A stretch of DNA of 64,000 nt from Tubiluchus corallicola. Its lineage: Eukaryota > Animalia > Priapulida. The stretch covers positions 62,001 to 126,000 of the forward strand of contig JAQGDQ010000600.1 in NCBI GenBank assembly GCA_030141605.1, in the 5' to 3' direction. A model generated the notes under the pieces. The model was not told the DNA's origin. It ran no database searches and saw only the letters and a list, made by a program, of their open reading frames with translations. The translations under genes and the position numbers were made by a program. Every line of letters starts with the position of its first letter. Position 1 is the first letter of the stretch. This document shows, piece by piece, positions 45,217 through 57,854 of this stretch.

Positions 45217-48200
45217 CTAAACACGAGCTGCTACTTTTAGATTTTGTTTACAAGAATTTGATCTAGGAATAAAGTTGAGATCAATTTGTTTGTCAGGCAC
45301 CACGAGTAACTGTAATGTGGGATTCACCTCCGGCCCGTTGTACTCCAACTTATATCTTCTGACAATCTGAAACAGATAATAAAATTAGACCTTGTTGTAT
45401 TTATTGTTAGTTAGTAACAATTACTTTAACCATTATAACAACCTGCTAGAAAATTTTCGCATGTAGACAGTGGAACGGTTCATTCATTTTGGATTTAATA
45501 AAGCTCATTTCACCAAATATCTGTTTTATCCATCAAATATCCGACAAGCGTCAACTTAACAAAATTACAGTAAGGCCTCGCTTAACGACTTCCCATTTAG
45601 CGACGTTTCAGTAAATTTTTTACTTTGCTCAAAGCCAGTTTTTATTTGATCAGCAACTTTTTTACCTTAATTTGATACATTAAAACAGTAAATATTGTGT
45701 TCTGTTCTTAAAACATGTAACATTAACATCATAATTACGTATGGTTTAAGCAACATGGATTTTTGCCTTTGGAAAACATATCCCTATTGTTTTACATTAC
45801 TTTCTATGGAGTCTTTGCTTCATTTAACGACGTTTCGTTTAACGTCGCATTTTGTTGGAACGCATCATTAAGCGAGGACTTACAGCACTTTATACATATA
45901 AAAACCTGCCAGCTTTCAATATGCTATAATATTGACATATTCAGACACAAATGTTTTTTTTTAGTGCACAATGCGTAGACTTGGTCTTCAGTGCATACGA
46001 TAGACCTAGAAAACCAAAAAATTTTGGCATCCTAAAAGCAATTTTTATCAAATTGTGTTATAAAATGTGTAGGGATATGATGGACAAATATGATCTTTGA
46101 AGGACTTTTTGAAGACAGATGGGCACATCAGAAATCCTTTTTTGTTTAGGTATAAATGATATAAATATTAATGATGATGATGATGAAGACGATGACGATG
46201 ATGATGATAATGACAACATCTAGATAATTTTTATGTTTCATCTGCAGCTGTGCTAAGAACAAACTTAGATTTACTGTAGGATCAAAATTCACTGAGCACA
46301 TTTTCATGAAGGTTAGTTGAACTATTCAATACAGGAATTTTTACTTACTTTGCTCATGCCTATAAATAATGTTTGTTCCGCTATTCGTCTCCCTAAAACA
46401 AAAATACCATAAATTGAAATGGTTATTTTGATCAACCACCAGCACCCATCAAACTGCTAATGCACCGTGCAATGCACAACTCTCGGCTTTTGGTTTAGAA
46501 ATGAAATCCTTAAAAACCCATGTTGTAGAAAATTGGTCAGTTGGTCAGTTTGGCAGTCTCTCACAAAGTTAAACTAATCAGCGAACAAATCAGGCTGTCG
46601 TTATCGTAAGATAACTTGGCAAAATTATTGATTTTTTTAATTAAAAAATTATGATTATTGTTTCAAAAATTTCAATTTCCATCATTATTGTTCATGTTTT
46701 AGTCACATAAACTTTGATATTATTTGTATTATTTGTTGCCATAGCAACCAACTACAAGTAGCCAATTAGCAGTTTTATTTAATTACCTATGCACATACGA
46801 GCACCATGTCCAAATGTCAGGCTGGGTAGTTTGCTCACATAGTCGTTGTGGCAATCCAACCACCTGTCTGGATTATAAACTTCCGGGTCATTAAACAGTT
46901 CCGGGTCACGACCCATTGTGTATAAACTGGCTTGAACGTGTGACTACAAAAGAGAAATTTGAAACATTATTCTTCTAGTTGTACATGTTTTATTATTGTT
47001 TGCCCCATTCAAGCCCCACGGTACTCTTATTTAGACTGCATGAAGCTAGTAAGTAGGGGTGAGCATTCTCTACCAGAAAGCGAATTCGAATCGAACCGAA
47101 CTTCAGTGTTTCGAATTCGAACCGAATTCGAATTGAGATCGAAAGATTTTCGAACAAGTTTTCGAACCACCAGCAAAAATTAGTCTTACAAAGATCATGC
47201 ATATCACTAGATTTTGTTCTGCAATAAAACGACTAGTAATTTCTTTAAAATTGTGTGCAGAAATCACAGCTAAATTATGCTAATTGCACGATGTTTCAAT
47301 CGTTTTAGTGATAAAGAACACGTGTGATTGAAGTGCTGAATTATTCGAATCTATAGTATTGGATTCGAATCGAGTTCGAACTCGAACGTTCGATGCTCAC
47401 CCCTACTAGTAAGACACGTCGGCAAGGTCGCCCCTACCAGGAGCCTTCAGTATTGTGAAAGATTTGTAGTATCTGACAAGCTTATGTACTGGTAATCGGT
47501 GCATAAGACTGCGGCAAAATTATCACTATTTTTGTACTCGAACTTTTAGATAAAAAATATGTAATTAGTACATATCCTTTGCGTGTGGGTCAAGTTTTAG
47601 TCCTGAAATTCATTTCCACAGAAAATCAGATTCATGCCTGGACAGTGGCAAAAAAATGTGATGCAGAGACAAGTCAGCTGTACTACTGACTTACTTTTTC
47701 GTAATTTGACAATACTCGAGTAGTACTGTGCGTCAAATGTAGGACCCAGATTCATTTTTCTCAAAAATCAGCTTGAGAACCAGAACTTGGCGCAGAGACG
47801 TGGAACAGAGCTGTACTATTGACTAACTTTCTTTGAAATTTGATAGCCATTTAGTAGTATAGTCAATTTATCTGTGAGTCGAGCTTTGGATCCAAGGCTT
47901 ACTGTAGCAGAAAATCAGCAGTTTAAGGACCAGACATTGGCACTGAGATAATGATACAGAGACATGTCAGGTATACTACTGACTTAACTTCCTTGGAACT
48001 CAGTAGCATCTGAGTAGTATATCTGCTTTGCCTGTGCGTCAAGTTTGGTCCCAAGTCGACTGCCTCGGCAAATCAGCTTCAAGAGTCTTTTCTAGTTAGT
48101 AACATGAACATGGCACAGGCAATGGGGAGACAAGCATTGTCTTCCTTTTTTTAGTAACTTACTTTTTTTGGTATTTTATAGCCACAAATCTCGACATCTT

Positions 48201-51200
48201 TGGGAATAATTCGACTTGTAGCAAATGACAGCGGATACATCCTGCAATCAAGAAACACAATCATTCATTTTTTATCACAGGGACCATGTCCGCCACCTGT
48301 CTGGATTCTAAACGTCCGGGTTACTAAACAGTTCCGGGTCACAACCACAATCGCGCAGGGGCGTAGCCAAGTTCCAAAGTTAGGGGAGCAAGCACATAAA
48401 AAATGGTGCCGTGACACATGCAACAATTACATCTTTGTCTATGCCACAACAGGCAGTATCAGCGTGTGGCCAAGAGTATATTATAATAATTAGATTTGGG
48501 GAAATTTAGCCCTTAATTCAATCAGGCAACCTTGACAAATGAGTTATGTAAATGCAAGCTCATTTCAAAAACACGGGAAGCAGGTAGGTCAAATAATAAA
48601 GTAATAAAGTAATAAATGAGGCAAATCTTTGAAAATGCATCATTTTTGAAAATTATACTCGGTAAAGTGGTTGCTCCCTTTAGTGGATACGCCGCTGCCA
48701 TCGTGTACACTTTAAACTCAACAACTACTGAGTCACTTGTCCTTCCCTTTAAACTAGTATATAGATTTAGCAATTTAATGCTGAATTTTGTCAATAAGTT
48801 ATTGTATAATACACAATATTATATTATATTATATCATGTTATATTATATTATATTATATCATATCATATCATATCATATCATATCATATCATATCATATC
48901 ATATCATATCATATCATATCATATCATATCATATCATATCATATCATATCATATCATATCATATCATATCATATCATATCATATTATATTATATTATTTT
49001 ATACAATTATTAATCATTTCTTTAAGATTTAAACTTACAGTTTGGCCTGACAAGCTATGCTTTTAGGCTCAAACTGTATGCATCAAAATTCTTCTGTAAT
49101 GTAATTTGCACATGTATATGCTGCATAAGAATCTCTTTTGTAATTTCTGATTTATATTACATTTATATTTATATTTAGTTCAGTGGAAAATTATCTGTAT
49201 TTTTATTATAACTGTAAGATGCAGTGTGGAAATAAATAAACTTAAAAAAAATGAATTGTCACTCTCCTGTGAAGGAATGGTCTCATATCTGATGAAACAT
49301 AACTACAGCTTTCACAGGCTCTGTGACTCAGTCTCTGGCATAGAGAACAAGAAAAAAGACGTTTGGTAAGTTATTTCATGCTAAATCTCTGCTTCGATGG
49401 AGTTCGTCAGCTTGAATCCTCAAGAGGACGCCAAAGCACCAAGAAGTGGGACACCACGACACTGATTGTATTACTAATTAGTGAGTTTTTTTATAAAATG
49501 ATGCAAGCAATTTTAAAATTTATATATGTACAACTGTTTATTGCAGCATAATTTCGTTAGCCATGATGTTGTCACGTTTTAGGAAATAAATGAAATTGCT
49601 TCAACTACCATAGCGGTGATATATTACAGTCGCTACAACATAAAAAGAGCAGAAAATCTTCTTGTCAAGGTACCTGAATGTTTCTTTGAGACAAGCTTTC
49701 ACATATGGCATGTTCTTCAAGTGATCTATGGTGACTTCAGCATCTGGTCCAACTACATTCATAACCTCATTGCAGAGTTTCTGCTGTGCTCTAGGATGCA
49801 AAGCTAGCTGATACAAGGTCCACAACATTGCATTCGAAGTCTATAAAAACAAATGAAAATGCAAGGGGCATGAAAAGTTAAAGTAAAACCGGATCCAAGC
49901 TTAAACTGTAGGTCAAAACAATCTACTCTTTAAAATATTGAAAGAAAAAATGGTATTTTTTCAAAAATCACTTTCATGAAAGAATTTGATGGATAAAAGG
50001 CAGTGATCTGTTTGAAGATTTAGTTCTTTGCTGTCATCCATGGCACACAGCAGTAGGCACAACCTTCGTATTGATCATAGCTATATAATTTTACTGTATA
50101 CATTTACTTATGTGTAAAATGTATATATTTATATTTGTGCCTAATAATAAATAAATGAATAAATAAATTATTACCACGCAAAGACAATTTCGTGTTCGCG
50201 CCGCTGATTCTTCGCTGTTACATGCATTACGCCATTTGCTAGTCAGACCGTCACTAGCGCCTGCATTTCGTAAACGCGCTCGTGGATATTTGAAAATGTT
50301 AGTTTGTGATGTCATCAATAGTTGAGCTCGCCCGCCGTTAATTAAGATTCGCTGCGCACTGGGAGGTTTCACTCGTAATAACGATTGCGGCTGGCTGTTA
50401 ACCAGGCGGATGCATTTGCTCGGAACCTCCACTGTCAGTTCAGTGGCTCAAGAGGAATAACCTTGACGTCAAGCTAGATTGCGGTCCTTTTACAAACTTC
50501 TCACATTAACTTGGTTTGCTGCTGAATGCCAAGTGATTTAAAAAAACTGTCGATGAATAAACTAAACAATGCAGCAGCAACATTACAAGAATGCCATGTA
50601 TTTTTCACGTGACGTGACAGTCTTATTACATGATGTCACTTTAGCCGCAAGATGTAATATTCATAACATCACGACACGTAACTGGTCACCCACACTTATA
50701 CTAAACCAGATCAAGTAGGCTTTACTGTGATACGTACAGTTTCTAGAGCTCCTTGAAGTAGATCAACAAGTGTTTGTACGAGCTCATCCATGGTTAATTC
50801 TGACTTTGTTGACAGGAGGTACGTCAGAAACGAAGACTGCTGACCTTCAGGAATTTCTCCATTTTGAATGGCCTCTAATCTCTGCAAAGTTCATAAATTG
50901 AATATTCTTCTCAAAAGGGGACATTCAGTTACACTAAACAGGCAAAGACAGTGCTGGACTGAGTCATGGGCTCTATGGGCTACAGTCAGGGCCTCCAGGA
51001 ATTTAAGTAAAATTAATTCACTGTGAAAAATTGCTACAGAATGTAAATAAACACTATATTTATATTTATCAAAGTCTGTAATTCTACTGTGCTATTAAAG
51101 AGAAATGTCTCTAGTTATAGTATAAATTCGTAGATTTATAGTAGTTTCAAAGAATGAAGCTTCTAAAAGAGTCCATTGGTGAATAAAAGTTAATTAGTGC

Positions 51201-54200
51201 TAATGACAGTATATTTTATGATATAAATAACCCTAACACTGCGCAGATAAGATCAATGACATTTTCAATAAGTCTGTTATTAAAACAAATTAGCTCATCA
51301 GCACCACTTCCGTAAAGCAGAATATCTCAACATCAGCTCTACCTTTACTACAAATTTTTTTCCGATTCTCAAAACGTTCTTCCCGTATTCGCAGTGTTCC
51401 TTCCATTGGCGGGTGGGGTAGTATTTGTACAGGGGAAGGGAGAAGAGGAGAGACTGCATCGTCCTGAAGTAGCCAACAACGCTTGTGATGAAATGTTGAG
51501 CGTCCTCTGACGGAATCTCTGAGAAGTTTCCCAGTCGCTCCTCGAATACTATCATGCCAACAGCTGATAACAAACGATTATTATAATGTTGCAAAACAGT
51601 GAGAATAACAAATATAGGATAAAGACTTTGTCAACCATTATTTATCATCGTCAAAATTTGATGAATAAAAATATAAGGAAGTGAATTAGTTTTTCTGTAT
51701 ATTTATAGTAACTTTTGAGAGAGTTTCTCTTTTGCTTGAAGTAACTCTGGGTTGATGTATATGTAGGGATTTTTAAGCTCAAGCATAAGAATGAACCGAA
51801 TAAAAGAATGAATAAGTAAATCAATGAATAAGTTCATGTATGTATGAATGAATAAATAATCAGTTTGATGAATGAATACACACATGTATGGATGAATTAA
51901 ATAATCAATGAATGGATGCACACACGCATGAATGAATAAATAAATGCATATCACAGTAGCTAAATGAATGAATGAATGATGCTAAGAAAAGTAAAAAGGG
52001 AGATAAGGAGAAAGATAGATGTTTAATTCATCTGTTGAGTCATTCATTTGTTTCTTTGTTTTCGTTCTTTCACGAAAATATATATTCATTCGTTCATTTT
52101 TTCATTCATTCATTACGTCGTAACTTAAAATTCACAGCGAATATGACCTATAATTATTTATTCATCCATTCATTCGCTTTCTTATCAATTCATTTGTTAA
52201 CTCATTCATTCATTTATGCTTGAAAAGGATTTCCACAAATAGTAACAAATTGCAGTTATGCTTACAAAGTTTCCCAAAGATAGCAACAAATCACAGCTGC
52301 CCTTACAAAAGTTTGCCAAAGTTACCGACAAATCATATTCATGCTTACTTTCCATGGTCCATCTAAAGAGCAGATTTCCTAGATTTTTTACTAAGTCGCT
52401 GTTGTCTCTGCACTTATCTAGATGTGACACAAAGTCTGCAGTTACTGAGTTTAGCATTGGGTTGTACTGTACAAGCTCTTTTGGTACCAACATCTTCTTC
52501 CCTAAAAGCTTGCGATATTTTTGCCATTCCTTTCCTTGCCTATATATCAAAATTAAAAACTGAACAAGCCTTTTCACAGTTTCGTTGTGCGCACGCGCAA
52601 TTGGAGCAGGTCACAAGTTCAGCGTACCACAGCAACACGTCTTAACTACAACTGTAACGTGGCATGCGTGTAAAGCAAAACCGTCTGCCGCATTAGTGCA
52701 GTAACTTCAGTTGTTTTACGTGTGCTTAGTTATGCATTAGTGTGCGCGTACAGTGATTTACCAGCAGGATTTTGCTTGGAAACAAGAAAAAATGAACTAG
52801 GTAAAGTTGTATCTAACTGATAAAACTGTTAAAACACAAATGCGTTGTCTGGTACACTTAACCTTTGACCTATCCACGATCATCATAAATCGCTGGAACT
52901 GTGAAAATGCTTATTACTGATGTAATGAGTAATTGATTATGAGTTTTACCAGCTAAATTTGGTATATTTAAAACCCAATTTGTTTTTCTAAATTACTTTG
53001 ATTATTCCTATGATACACCAAAGCGTTTAACGTCTGAAAGCGAGAAATACATTTTGTATATTTTCAATGAGTGATGAAGCCAAAGATTTTGGCGCGGAAG
53101 CCAGATGCTGGAAAATACAAGCTATTCCAACTTTTTGCGCGTTTGGTGTCCAGCTTCTGTTCCACACTGGCCAATGGTCAATGATTAGCGGGTCTGTGAT
53201 CGCGTTGTCTGCACCCGTAAATTGTTTTGCGAAAAACTGCTGAAAATAAGAAAGCAGTGCAAAAATAAATTGGATTACCATACCTTTTGTTTTCTCACAA
53301 AAAGCATGAAGACTAAATGCCAGATGTTTTGTTCTAGCACCCAGAGAAAGCTGGACGGTTGAAGTTATCAGCCAGATGACAGACGCTGGACGCATTGGTG
53401 TATCATAGAGGCAGCAAATATGTCGGAAAACAACAAGAATAATTTCCTAAATCATCATTGTCATCATCATCATCATCATCATCATCATTATCGTCGTCGT
53501 CGTCATCGCAATCATCATCATCATCATTATCATCAAAACCCGTGCCACTGCCACCACCACCACTGTCGTCGTCATCATCATCATCGTCGTCATCATCATC
53601 ATCACCATCACCATCATCGTCGTCGTCGTCGTCGTCATCATCGCAATCATCACCACCACCACCATCATCATCATCATCGTTATCATCACCATCATCATCA
53701 TCATCATTATCATCACCATCATCATCATTATCATCATCATCATCATCATCATTATCATCCTTCTCTTCGTCGTCATTATTGTCCGCTCTGACATCCTCTC
53801 AAATGGTAATACTTGATTCTTATTATTAAGACATAAATGCTGTTCATAATTGTGCCCAAGGGCTAAGGCATAAATGCTTACGAGTTTACGATGCCCAAGG
53901 CCATATTGTTCTGTTTTCGAAACTCCACCATTGGATCCAGTTCAATTCTGTGTGGATACTGATCTTCTGTTGCTATGACCTTTGAATATTCCTTCAAGTC
54001 GCTAATCACTACAAAGTCAAGAATTCCGATTTTTTCCTTGTAGACGTCGCCATAGGCCTTCCGTCTGGCTTGTTGTGCCTTAAAAATAATTGATAAATTA
54101 CAAAACACGTGTACAAACTTTCGATTTCAGTTTATACAGGCACTTTAAACATTTATTATTAAAACAACACAACTTTTATTAAAGACTTTAATTTACAACT

Positions 54201-57200
54201 ATTTAAAAAACGTGTCCAAACGTTTCGAAGGCAATCAGCTGTCATACACCCCAATATAAGTGTGTACCACTGATGATGAGAGCTGATTGCTTTTGAAACG
54301 TTTGGACACGTTTTTTAAATAGTTGTATATTGAAGTTTTTAATAAAAGCTGTGTTGTTTTGATAATTTTCTTTTGGTTTTAGAGCTGTTTTACTATGCAC
54401 AGCGTCATTTTTTTCGAATCCAGGTAAAAAAATGACAGGTAAAAAGTCACAGGAAAAGAGTCGCAGGTAAAAAAGTTGCAGAAAAAAGGCACAGGAAAAA
54501 AAGAAATTACACGGACCTCAACCATATCCGTGGGTGTAACCCCTAACCCGTAACCCTGTTTTTTCCCTGTGACTTTTTTCAAAGCCAAAATTGTGACTTT
54601 TTCCACGACTTTAATCCTGTGACTTTATTACACCTTTTTAATTTTCCAAAATCATCCTATTAATTCGTAGATTTTCTTTATTTATGTAGCGTTTCAGTGA
54701 TTGCAAAGCCAAATAGATCTGTAAATGGAAACAGACATCAGGCCAGGTGCCACTAGGGATCTCTGGGCGCGGCATCGGGTTAGAGTCACTATGGCTCCGC
54801 TTTCTCCTCCGTTCCGTATTTTCGGTTTGACGGAGCACCATTTTCAATCGCCAGTCATACTTCTTCCTGCAAACTGTCTGGGGTGGCAATGTACAAGCAA
54901 ATATTGCTCAACGAAAAATTACTGCCAAGTAGACCGTGAAGATGGTACAAATTAAAATAACCAAAAAAAAAATGCAACGGTCACGTCACAAGTCGTCATC
55001 TATCGGGCATTAACAGCGTAAAGGCACTTAAAAAGACGGACGCTCGATTAGAATCAATCTCATTTTAATTTAGTATCCAAAATATACATCTCGCGTATGC
55101 ATCTCCAAAATCTCTTAAAAAGTTAGCAATTGTAGTTAATACTTGAACAGCCTTAGAAAGCTAATTAAAGGGAACCGAGCACAGCTATCGCTTATGTCAC
55201 AAACGAACCATAGTTTGTGCAATGGTAGACAACTTCTCTGCGCGTCAAATACGTTTGCGTAAGCGAAGATTGCTTTTAGTCACTGGTGTGATATCACGAA
55301 AATAAGTTCTGTATCACACTGACGTCACAGACGAGCTCTGCAGATTCATGATCACGCTTATCACGGTTCTGCGCCTATTTGTCGGCCACGCGAATTTGAC
55401 AAAAAGGCGCTATTGAAAGTCTTAGTGAATTCACTGAGCCGCGCGTAGCTTTGAAAGTTTAACGAAATTTAACTATCTGAGGTAATTATTATTTAATTTT
55501 AGCTTTGATATGAAAAAAAGCTATTGTGGTTTTCAATATTTTAGAGCATGGTTTATTTTGAAGTAATGTCTACGCAATCGTCCGGTTTTCTTTTAAACAA
55601 AAGGGTCACCAAATCAAGAATGCTGTGCTGAAACGTAGTGAAGGCTTTCTTGGAATTTGTGCTACTATAGTTAAGTAAACAAATTTACGTAATTAGGGCA
55701 GTTTCACATTTTAATTATTATCTACGTAATTCATTCCTTTCACTCTCCTGGTACCGTCAACTGCGCAGGCGTAACAACATTCCAATGTTCTAGATTGTTC
55801 CATTAGACAATGGAAGCATCAAATCTGTCTGGCACGCCCGCATTGTTAATCTCATGTTGTTTACGAGTAATCATGTGTGGTTTACACCCTTGATAAGAGT
55901 AAATAAAACCCACCCCCACTGCGTGTGATTAGGTCGCGATCAAGTTTCGCCCTCCCCCTCGTTTAGTGTTCGCAATTACCGACCCACTTATTACGCAAGT
56001 CTGCACTGCGTTCCCATTCTTTCATGACAATAACAGGCAGAAATAGGAGAGCAGTTACAACAGAGAAGATGCAAGAAGAGCAGTTCTAGTACAAGGGATA
56101 CAAAAAGAGGAGGTCCACGGACAGAGATAGAAAAAACACTTCCAAATAAGAAAGGTGTAAAAACAGAACTTCTAATGGTGGGCGAGAGAGAGAGACAGGG
56201 AGTGAAAGATCGAGGGGAGAGAGAGAAAGCGAGAGCAGAGAGCGACAGACAGAGAGAGAAAGCGAGAGCAGATAGAGACAGAGATACAGTTGCAACAGAG
56301 GAAAAGGAGTTCCAAAATCAGAGATGTAAAAAAATCTGTTTCATTGACATGACAGAGAGAGAGAGAGAGAAAGAAAGAGGGAGATAGAGAGAAAGAAGAA
56401 AGAGAAAGAGAGAAAGAAAGAGAGAGAGAGAGAGTGAGTAGAGATAAAAATGTAAAAATAGTCCTTCTGAGTAACAACCACTCGATTTTTTAGCTTTTTT
56501 GCATAGAATTTTTAGGCCGTATTCACCGAGTTTTAGGCCTAATTGGTATTCACCGAGTGAAAAAAGGGAAGGCATCCTTGGTATCTACGTCCAAAATACT
56601 TATAAGAAGTTCACAATAAAGTAGGGTAACAAAACTTCACTCAAACTTCTGAAAAAAGTTTTTAAATTTCTAGGTTTAATAACACTACCAGCAGTTCCAA
56701 TTAATGCATTACTGTAACAAATTACTGCCAAAAATCATGACTCTTGGGGCTCTAGCCCAGAAACAACACAGTAAAACATGGTGACCAGATTTAGCACATA
56801 ACAATACAATCTTTTAACGTTTTATTTTGAAAAGACAAAAAATCCAGAGACAACTTACCAAAAACAATTTGCTAAAACTGAAACTGTTCTTCTTAACCCC
56901 GATGTAATCTAACAGCGTCCCAATGTAAGGTAAACCCTTAGGACCAGGAACGTCTTTAAAGCTCTTTGGTTTGAATGGACACTGCTCCTCTTCAGTGTGA
57001 ACAGGAATGGATTTGCCGTGGCCGTGTGCTTCGAGATCAATAAGCTGGTAAATAAATTTTAAATTTATTTAATAATAATAATAATAATCATCATCATCAT
57101 AATAATAATAATAATAATAATAAGAAGAAGAAGAATTGTAATCTTTAAAAATTTTTATACACTCGCAAAGTTAGATCTGCTTGCCGTGGTTTATTTTATC

Positions 57201-57805
57201 CAATTTTTGTTATATTTCTTAGTATTACGCTTACTTGATTGATAGACTTATGTAATAGGAAAGGACAATTCTTAAAGGACAAGAAAAGAGGTACCTGATG
57301 TAGGTTTCAGAAAAATCGAATAAAAATTATATTTCTTTGTAGCAATTTTATGCGTATATCGTACTCGCGTTGAAAGGATTTTTTGTTTGCTTTGATTTTA
57401 AATCTCCCACAATACTGTTCCATCCAAGCCATTACATGACGTCATATGCGCAAATCATAATATTTTAACGGTAAGTCGTTTGAAACAAGTTTAGATAACA
57501 TTGCATAAAGTTTGAAAAAATAATCAGAGCATTCGTAGCACACTTCGCTTATTAAGCAGAAGTTTACATTACTTTATATTGTCAGTTAGACTAATAATGT
57601 TTTTGGTGAGTCAGTGGTGCACACTGGGATAATGAAACAGTGACGTTTTGCCACCAGCTGGCGCGATTATTTTGAATTAAACAGAATTTTCCTTTCCAGT
57701 TACATAAGGGCACCGCTAAGTAATATAACTTTGTATGAAAACTTTTTTGGGGCATATGCACTTTAAAATTGCCATTTGTTCACCTTTAATTCTCATTCTG
57801 CTATA

Positions 57806-57854
<49 letters not shown>

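Noticed and set aside
45217-45228. C-terminal ARV of the P450 as a peroxisomal PTS1
   Set aside because: Val is non-canonical at the last position, and the protein has mitochondrial-clan features.
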